Below the pieces are notes generated by a model. That model saw nothing but the letters and a program-made list of their open reading frames with translations, searched no databases and was not told where the DNA came from. Below are positions 53,911 through 64,000 of a stretch of DNA of 64,000 bases, piece by piece. Numbering within the stretch: position 1 is the first letter of the stretch; each line of letters begins with the position of its first letter. The position numbers and the translations under genes are program-made. The stretch is taken from assembly GCF_001194135.2 (NCBI RefSeq), contig NC_068989.1:29693515-29757514 (forward strand), written 5' to 3'. This DNA is from Octopus bimaculoides (taxonomy: Eukaryota).

Positions 53911-56325
53911 AATGATAATGAATTGATACAGTCAATTATATCAACAATGTCTGATCAAATCTGAAAGGATGGAATTCAAAGTATCTTGACAAAATTTCAA
54001 TTCAGGAATGCAAGGAAGATAAACAAGATGCAATAAAGAAGCTATTTTGTTCCTGTTGTTCATAACCTATTGCACACCAAGATTTTTGCAAGATATCTAA
54101 AGTGCAAACTGCATTGGGCTACTGAACATAAGATAAGGGGTCACTATTTGTCAAGAATTTTAAAATAACTAAATGTTCAGTACATTTGATTCTATTAAAT
54201 GTTTATAATATCTATAGCTGTGATTAAATTGAAACTTAGAAGGAGCTTAATAAGATTACTAAAGTAGAATATTAACATGTAACACAAAAATACAAATGAT
54301 AGTCATGTGTAGAAGCTCCCTGTAATCATCTGAGTCCTAAGAACATACAAAGAATTTGTTTTCATGCAAAGCTGGATGGCATATCAGAGCCCATCCCTTT
54401 CCAAACAATGAAGAAATCTGAATTCAACAATGTTAATGAATATTTGTCAGTTAGATAGTTTTGATTTGTACCTATTGGTAGTATTTACTTGTAACTAGGC
54501 AGGCTGGGATGTTTGAGATGTGTCCTAGTCTAAGACACAGTCCAATGATGGCAATTAAATCCAAATTATAGCTCCTTAGGCTGGCAGTTTGACAACCTAT
54601 CAACTCAACCATTTCTCTAGAATTTGACTCTTGCTAAACTTTTACTTAAAGAAGTCAAACATTAAATAGGTGCAGACAAAGTTATGAGGTTAGAAAGTTC
54701 ACCTCACAGCCATGCAGTTTGGGAATTTGTTCCACTTGGGAGAGTGCCTTTTATTATAGTCCTGGATAAATCAATGCCTCAGAAGTGAATTTCATGTGTG
54801 TATTAGAGTGTGCATGTCTGTTTGAGGTGAATCTGATATTCCAGTTTTGTTTATCATTCTTAGAGCAAAGTGGTGATATGATGTTTACAATCCTCATTGA
54901 CATTATGATTGGTTGCTCTGTGCTTTCAAAGACATTTGGAACAAAAAAAATTCTTTACTTGAAAAACAGGGAAAGGTTGGTGATGAAGAGCATCCAGTTG
55001 TCCAATGCCATCTGAAGTAAATCCTCATACAAACCCATGGAAAAATGAACAAATGAGATTAAAGAGATTGGTTTTCTCAGAGGTGTCACCGACATTATCA
55101 TCTAATCACTATCATCATCACTTAATGTCCATTTTTCATGCTGGCATGGGTTAGACAGTTTGACAGGATCTAACAAGCTGCAGGGCTGCATTGAGCTCCA
55201 GTGTCAGCTTTGGCATGGTTTCAAATGCCAATGACAAATAAGGAATGTTTCACAAATGTGCATGTCATCTTTGTACAGGGGCCAGGATAATCTGTGTATT
55301 AATCCAATTTTAGTATATGTGGATTACAATGTGAAGAAATTTACTTTTAATATATTTTGTATTATAGTAAAGCATTAAACTCCAAGAAAACTGGTGATGT
55401 TCTGCATCATTAAAAAATATACGAATAATTCAAACAATAGAACAAGAATTATATACTTTATAGTTAATATTTTCCTTTAAAATAATGTTAATGAAATTTC
55501 TAACAGTGTGTTTTTGTTTTTTTATATGTTTTACTGAAAAATCTAACAAAATTAATATTGAATATTGAATCAAGTATTGGTATGATTGATTAAATATATA
55601 TTGAAATATTATATCCGGACCCCAAAGAGTTTCCAGAATGAAATTGTAAAACAATGAGACAAGACAAAGAAAAACTTTTCTGTATGAATCCCATAGAAAA
55701 ATGGATGCTAACTTGAAAATAAATATAAATTCATTTGAACTCTGTATTTCTTGCTTGAGATACCTCGATTCAATCAAAGATGAGTATATAATTTCTTGAT
55801 ATTTCTCAAAAGAAATCTTTAAAAAATCTTAAAGGTAAATAATATTGGTAATCATTACATTTTAAAATCACATTGACTGACAATTAAATAATTGTACATG
55901 TAATTTTAATCAGGAATTAATAAACTCCTTAAAATGTAACGGGGTTACAAAACCTTAAAAATCTTTTTTCAAATCCAAACTAATACTGAATGAAGAAGAT
56001 TCTAAGACAACTTCTCAAATATTACTGCTGGTATTGTTGTCACAATAACTTACCCTACTTATTCCATTAGAGTAGTTGGAAACAGGAAGAAAACATTTTC
56101 TAACAGCTATGAAAAATTCACTTTCATAAGAAAGTAATTCCTTTAAAATGTTATATATTCAATGTATTGTTATCTGCTTTATGTACTTATGTTTACTCCC
56201 TTATATTTTAATTGATTTGATGCCTTTTCAAATATTAATGAATAAGGCCATTCCTTAACTGAATAGCACTTTTGGAACTATGACAATGAGACATTGATAT
56301 ACATATTACTTCAGATGATTTACAT

Positions 56326-56630
56326 CAGGAGTTCTCAACCATTTTTATCTATGTACCCCTTTGATCACTATTTTATTTTGGTGGACCCTATAGCCATTTG
56401 CTCTTTAAAAACTAGTTTTATAGATACTTCTTCCAAAATTCCTATTTCGTTTTCAATACATTGACATGTGTAGGTTGAACTATGTAAAACATTAGAGAAA
56501 GAAACCTGACTGTTTCTTGCAATACATACCAATACATTCTAGGCAAAATTTTTTCAGGGGCTCCTTAAAATACTATCGTGGATCCTCCAATTTACTATTT
56601 TGTTGTGTCGACCCCGGTTGAGAACCACTG
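56326..56630. mobile_element. hAT-type MITE in Par-3 intron 1
   Basis: TIRs CAGGAGTTCTCAACC and (reverse complement) CAGTGGTTCTCAACC. Perfect 8-bp TSD ATTTACAT at 56318-56325 and 56631-56638. Confidence 0.88.
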
Positions 56631-56928
56631 ATTTACATAATAATTGATATGACATAATTAAATCAATCTTCGAAACTTCAAATAATAATGTATACTAAAT
56701 TTGATTAAAATATGTCTACAAGAATATTAACAACTACGTAGTGACTTTAAAATGTTATAATCTTTTAAATTTGATCAAATGATTTAGCAAAAAGTAATAT
56801 ACATATTTAATCATACAGAGACACAAATTAAACAAATATTGCCATATCTGAATCAATTTGACATGGAAAAGCAGTCTCCAAAGGTTGAATAATTTTTTAA
56901 AATAGAAAGAAAAAGACTAATTTCTTTA

Positions 56929-57361
<433 letters not shown>

Positions 57362-57899
57362 CTAAGAGGAATAAACAAAAGAATATTGTTAAAAGTAACT
57401 CTAACAAAGCTTCAACAATAGAACAGAAATAAAATGAATAGTTAATTTAGAATTTTGTACCAATTTATTTTAATTCTGAAATGCGTATTGAAATGTTTCA
57501 AAGGTTTTATTAAAAGAATGAAGAAAATGCTAAATACTTTTGTTAAACATCTTCAGTAACTAAAGTCATAACAAAAATCAAAAATTCAACTATGATACAT
57601 TTATCACAATCGCAAGATACAATCGTGACTGGTCAACATTTTGAAAAATGTCAATTATGAAACAACTTTAACAACTTTATTGAAATGCTTATTACAGGAA
57701 GAGAATCGTTTCTTTTTTTGTTTTGTTTTTTTCAGGGCCCTTATAATCCATTGGTTCAAACATAAAATCGAAATTATGTCGAAAAGAAATAAAGATATTT
57801 TTCCCCTTCGAGACATATAAAAAGTATGAGTTTAGAATTGCCGATATATCTTGGGCTGGGGGTGAAGTTTAATGTTCATGTCTTTCCCTAGAGTATTAG

Positions 57900-59600
57900 A
57901 AATATGCATATGAAATTATTTCAGCGGAAGTTGAAACCCGATCTTGAATTCAGATCGTCATGAACTTACCTTAGACACATAGAATCACTAAGTAGAACAC
58001 TATATTTTAATGACTAGTAGGGACACAGTATTTCGTTATGCAACCATAATAACTATATTTTAAGCGATAAGTAAAAATGTCATAAGAATCCGTGTTAAGT
58101 AAAATCTGAGCTGGCGTAGATTATTCACTCCCTCCCAGGCTGATCATTCAAAAGAGAGAGATTTCTGATAACTATAATAATAATATTGAGTCAATTTGTA
58201 AATGTTTAGATTCTTTTGCAAGAATGTCATTATAATATCAGTGAGAAAAATAGTAAAAATAAAGAAATAGGAATACATTTGCATTGTAAAAGTACGACAG
58301 AAATATGGAAGTTATAGCGAATTGCATCGATAGTTAGAGGAAACTGAAGTGAAATAAAGAAGAAAAGTAAATAACATTTATGAATTTCAGAATATCTATA
58401 TACATGTGTGTCTATGTTACGTAGGCGAAAGAGATAAGGAGAGCTAAAATCTTTTTTTTTTTTTTTTTATAAAATACGGGTACAGAAAGAGGGCGGGTAT
58501 GAAAGAAAGCAGCTTAGACTATGCCTACAGCACAATCATAACAAAGTTTACCCACTTTTCTCTTTCGACTGTTATCTCGGTGCTAGCTAGATACACGTTA
58601 GTGGACTTAATATTCTTCAGAAAAAAAAGAGGAGTATTTGGGGCGGGGTGTCTATTTTGGTCGTTTTTAACTTGGTTGATGTCGGTTACGATGGAAGTCT
58701 CTCACTACTAAATTTGTTTTGCATAGCTGAGAGAGTACTCACAAGAGTGAAATGAAACAAAGTAGAGTCGCTTATTGTGAGAAATAAATTAACGAAGAGT
58801 AGAGCAGCTCAACTTTCCAAGACATTGACTAAACAACAATAACAAGGAGATATTTTACTGTTTGTTTTGTTTCGTTTTGTCCAGTTTAAGATACAACCTT
58901 CATATTGTAAACTAAGCTTGAAACGTAACAATTGTATAGAATTTCGTAATTTACCGAGTTTTTCTATCTTTCCTCAAAAAATGTTATGGATAAGTGTGTG
59001 TGTGCATGTATGTTTCGTGAGTTGAGAAACAAAAAAGTTTGTCAATTACCCTGTTAAAAACCCATACAGTTCAGCCTTAAATTAAACTTTGTCTCCGTGC
59101 TTATTAATCGTAAAGTAAGAATAATATAACCGATGAATGTAAGCCATTCAAATATTTCTTCTTGGATTTAGTCGTCGCCGTGAATTGAAACATCACGCAG
59201 CCGAGTATAGAGACTGAGTGACAGTAACAATGATCATAAAGTTTAACCGTGTTAACCCACAAGCTGGCCTCGTTTGCGTCGCTGTAGAAAACGAAGAACG
59301 CACTGGAGTAGCAGCAGGGAGGAGGAATGACCGAGTAAGCGACGAAGAAAGGGGAGCAGATAATTAAAATAAATATATGAAGGATAGGAGCTACTATTAT
59401 GTGTTAAGTATATGTCGATGGGACAGGTGTATCTAAGAAACAGAAAACAGATGTGTGAGGGTGCTGTTCTGCACTGGTAAAGTAAATAAGAGAAGACGAA
59501 TGGTCTAATCCTGACACTACTACTCAAGTCACTGTTAAAACATTACAGACAATCGGAATGACACAGATCAAGTTGTGTAATTTACACTTCCACATCTATA
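57900..59600. promoter_or_regulatory. Putative Par-3 promoter region
   Basis: Non-repetitive, with visibly more CpG than the intron. GC boxes GGGCGG at 58491-58496 and GGGGCGGGG at 58640-58648. Lies immediately 5' of the start exon. Confidence 0.45.
57970..58140 (-). other. Possible upstream non-coding Par-3 exon (5' boundary unknown)
   Basis: Consensus donor AAG|GTAAGT at 57970/57969 on the minus strand, upstream of the 57361 acceptor. No transcript evidence. Confidence 0.35.
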
Positions 59601-60436
59601 ACTACTAGTAATACCTGCTATACCACTTGTAATACTACCTATATTAACAACTAGTTTCATGACGAGCCAACGACAGACATTCTACTTGATTGTTCACCCT
59701 ACTAAAAGTTGGAGTCAACTCTTGCTCAGATCACAAGTTACTTAAAAAGGACACGTTGAAAATTGGAAATAGAATGGATGACCACGACTGGAATGCCTGT
59801 TTGATTGAGACAGACGTCGGGCTAAGCAGCGACAATAACAACTGAAATACTATTATCACGACAACATTGTTTTTATAGCTCGTTTATTTATGTATTTCCT
59901 CCCTTTAGTCTTGAAAACTTTTAAAATCGAAATCATTTACTTTTTGTTAATGAAATTTCTACTTGCTTCTCGGGTTTCACTAAATAGTTTTATTATTTTT
60001 ATATTTTACAGATTCGAAAACATTAAGCCGTTGTCAACAAAGTATAGTTGATATTCATTGAGAACAAAAGCTGTTGTTCTGTACAGCGGACAAAAACCTG
60101 TTGAAAGACTGAAGAAACTGATATGCTAGTCGTGTCAAAAAAAGTTAATTTCAAATTTAAAATGATGTTTCAGTGTGTCCGCATGTTTAAATTTTGTACA
60201 GAGAAATATGCTTCAAATATTTGAAAACAAATTTTCTGTTTGGTTCTCTATAAATAGATGCTTTTAATATATTATTTCTTATAATTAAGCACGGAACTGT
60301 GATTTATGATCGTAGGGTTGTATGTATATATATTTTTTCTCTTTATAGTTGAATTTTGACTACCCCCACCTACTCTCAAATTAGGTTGTGAAGGAAAGTA
60401 TCTAGTTGCGTTCATTATCTTTAAATCTTAAGGTCT

Positions 60437-63400
60437 TGTAGCAGGGCCATAAGGGCTAAAAGGAACAGGGCAGAGTTATGTTCCCTCATTCTATCGCTTG
60501 TAGGTGACGCTGCGATGGCACTTCCGCTAGGGAGGAATAAAAAACCCTAGAGGGATAACGAATCATCCTCATTTTCCTCCCAATCACGCCCGTGGGCAGT
60601 TTGACCTGTCAACTGGTACAGCCAGCGAGGCTGCTAGCTTGCTTCGCCTTTGACCATTTATGCTTCCGCATTATGTAGCAGGCGCATTTCTTACTCTCTT
60701 CTGTTTCAGCGTCAATCACATAAGATGTAATCATGTTTGTACAACTTTTATCTATTCACGTCCATCTTCATATGAACACTGTTATAAAAACTTGCTTAAC
60801 TTTGACTCTATGTTATTTGTCTCTTCGCTAAAATGACGACCCCCCCCCCCCCGACAAGAATATTCATATGGAATATTCTCTCAACTAAAAAAATTGTGTA
60901 GAGTCGACATGTATCTGATTCTGCTTCCTCACTAGTTCTACGGCGGCCTACAGGAAATGGCATCTTAGCGCTGACCATCATCCAACATTTTCTTCCCCGG
61001 GTGCAACATGCAGCAATCTTCTTTTCTCATTCTTAGCAGTGATGCCCATCTCTGCTTTGCTCAAGTGGAAGCTTATATTCGCAGCGAGCTATATTCAGTC
61101 AAGCCTACAGCGCCATTTCTGTTGCCTTAACCACTCAATGCAAGGATGTAATAACTGACACACCACATGATGCGACTTATGCATCCATAAAGTGCAAAGT
61201 TCTTTACAGGACATCTCTATCGGCTAAGCACTGTTTCCAGAGCCTGGTACACGATGAACATTTGAGTGACAGAAAGCCCACGGAATTGCTTTGTTACATT
61301 CGTGACCTCACACACGAGTCCCCTGAAGACAGCTCTCTTCTAAAACAGCTATTCTTCTCGCACCTACCCTCACATGTTCAGGCAATTTAGGAGCCCATGA
61401 TTGAAGGAAGTTCGGTCGAACAAATCACAAATTCAGCCGATAAAATCATGGAATTTTCCAGAAATCTGCCTGTAGCAGACAGTCGTTGCTGCAGCTACTT
61501 CATCGACAGCTACAGCTCCTGCTGACAGCAGCTCTACCCAGTCAGCAACTTCAGAAGTTATTTTAAACCTGACAAAGCTTCCAGCATCGCAGTCATTTCA
61601 ACCAGTCATGGCTGGTGTTCTTTGTCACCCGCCTCACCACATGGTTCTTGTAGGTACCATGACTGTTTTGGCGTGAAGGCGAAGAAACGCCTTCAACCAT
61701 GTTCTTGTGAATACCAGGAAAACTAACCAAGGAGACCCTGAGCACATCAGCGGCTCCTACTACCTCTAATCATGCATTTTTTTGTGCTAGACCGCAACTT
61801 GCACAAGAATTTTATGGTCAACACCAGCACTTCATGTAGCATCTGGCCAGTAAAGTTTGTGACGAATAAGCCTGTTCTCTCTCGGATTTCTCTGCAAGCT
61901 GTCGACCATTCTCCTATCAACACATTTGGGCAGATATCTCTCTCCTTGGATTTGGCACACTGGAGGGACTTAAATGGATTTTTGTAATTGCAGACCTATC
62001 CTATCCTATTCTCAGGGCAGATTTCCTCCACCACTTCTTCCTGTTGGTGGATGTTCGCCACAGCATTTGTTGGATAGCTCAATGCAGTTATCGACTCCTG
62101 GTTGTCCCGTGTCTGCCCCTGTTGTAAGTGCAGTATCCAGTGATACATACCATTCTCTTCTCAACTCTTTCCTGGAGCTTACTGATTTAACCTTCAACAT
62201 CACTGATCTTGTACATTCAACAAAGCATTTTATCAACATCAATCGTCCACCAGTGTTTGCTCATCCTTGCCATCTTCGTCCTGATAAACTCAAGGCTGCA
62301 AAAGTGGAATTCGATCACATGTTCCAACTGGGGCTTATTCATCCTACTACTAGCCCCTGGTCTTCCCCTCTCTTTTTAGTCACCAAAGGAAATACTAATT
62401 TCCAACCAGTTGGTGATTATCGAAGATAAAATGCTATTACAACCCCGAACAGATACCCTATTCCACCCCTGTAGGACTTTTCTTCTACCTTGCACAGTAG
62501 CACTTTTTTCTAAGGTTGATCTTGTCCAGGCGTATCACTAGATTCCTTTAAATCCAGACGATATACCAATGACTGCCGTTACTTCTCCTTTTGGTACATT
62601 TGAATTCCCTTCATTACCTTTTTAGTTGCGGAACACAGCAAGTACCTTTCTTTATAGACGAGGTCATTCACAGTCTCTTCGTCTCTGCCTACATTGATGA
62701 CTTACTCATCACCATTTCTATAAAGGAAGAGCATGTTCACCACCTAATGCTCCTTCTTCAGCGTTTAAATGATTATTGAGTTAAAATCAACCCAGCGAAG
62801 TGTGTTTGGTTCTGCATCACAGAATTTTTAGGCCACAACATTGATCATGATGGAATTTGTCTTCTCCCAGAGAAGGTACAGGCAATTCAGAAGCTCCCTC
62901 CTCCATTTTCTTTTAAGCAGCTTCATCGTTTCCTCAGTTTGCTCGATTTTTATCACTGATTCATCCCAAATTGTGCAGAAAAATTGAGTTCACTTGCAGC
63001 ATTACTGAAGGATTGTAAGAAAAAGTACGAAGTTATTCCCTTTCACCATCACATGCTGATTTTCAGATTGTCAAACAGGTCCTGGCTAAAGTTTCAATGT
63101 TAGTACCCTGCCTAATTTGATGAAAAGCTTATGGTAGATGCATCGGATGTGACTGTGAGTACAGTATTACAGCAAGCTCACCAAGAAATTCTGCAACCAC
63201 TGGGATTTCATTCCTGCCAGCTCAAGCACACAGAGATGCGCTATAGCATGTTTGGAAGAGAATTACTAGCTATTTATTTTGCAGTGAAGCATTTTTGTCA
63301 TTTCCTGGGAGGAAGAGAGTTTATGATATTCACAGACCATGAACCCCTTACCTTTGCTCTGTTTACCAAGTCAGACAAGTATTTGCCAAGAGAGATCCGA

Positions 63401-63790
63401 CATCTTGATTATACATCACAGTTTTCTTGCAACATTCAGCATATCTCCGGTTCTCCCAATATAATTGCTGATGCCCTATCATCTTTAGATGTTGCATCTG
63501 AAGAATTCGCAATATGCCAATTCAAGTATTTGCCATTACCAGCTTCAAACAGAGAGACATTATGCGATACTTCTACTGGCTCATCCCGTCCACTTGTACC
63601 AGAGTCTCATCATTGCACTGTCTTCAACACCCTGCATATCTTATCACATCCTGGTGTAACAGCTTCTGTGAAGCTCATTTCTGCTCGTTTTTCTTAGCCA
63701 AATATGAGACACCAAATTACTGAATGAGCACACGCATGACTTCAGTGTCAACTTTCTAAGATTCACCACCATGTTTGTTCACTATGGTGT
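60437..63790 (+). mobile_element. Ty3/Gypsy LTR retrotransposon (CsRN1-like), degenerate, integrase truncated
   Basis: 5' LTR at ~60437-60832 (TGTAGC...TCGCTAAA), then a PBS-like TGACGACCCC. Gag: CFAQVEA, LSDRKPTELL, CRYHDCFGVKAK. Protease: FMVNTSTSCSI. RT: SPWSSPL, FQPVGDYR, AYIDDLLI. RNase H: VDASD, FTDHEPL. Integrase start: LHILSHPG. Confidence 0.92.
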
Positions 63791-64000
63791 GTGCGTACGA
63801 GTAGATGTAATCGCCTTACCTCGGTTTTCCTTTCCTCGACCGCGAGTCCGTCTTGCGGTATCCGATCCTTGAAGCTTGCCCCGACCCAAAGTACACCAGG
63901 AATAGCAGCTGCTTCTCCCAAACCTAGACCATCGCTTAACACGTCTTGTCCTGACCGCAGCCCCGTTCGAAAAAGGCACGAATGCCGATCGAGGCTCCCT

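Overview
AT-rich, repeat-dense animal genomic DNA with eight N-gaps and many microsatellites. The SINE/LINE repertoire suggests an octopus or other coleoid cephalopod (inference, no search run). The only host coding sequence I can support is the first coding exon of Par-3 (PARD3/bazooka) on the minus strand (57054-56935, [19 protein letters not shown]...). Its promoter-like region lies at about 57.9-59.6 kb. I found no exon 2, so positions 1-56934 appear to be intron 1. That intron holds many mostly decayed mobile elements: RTE-type LINEs, two Penelope-like elements, a Gypsy LTR element nested in one of them, Tc1 (IR/DR), mariner, FLYWCH-MULE, two hAT MITEs, RLE-, L1- and CR1-like fragments, and two tRNA-derived SINE families. 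A second Gypsy lies upstream of the gene. The best novelty candidate is a small TSD-flanked retroposon at 31479-31825 combining a tRNA-like Pol III head, a hammerhead-ribozyme-like motif and an inverted copy of its own 3' end. A collapsed hairpin-only sibling sits at 9523-9653.
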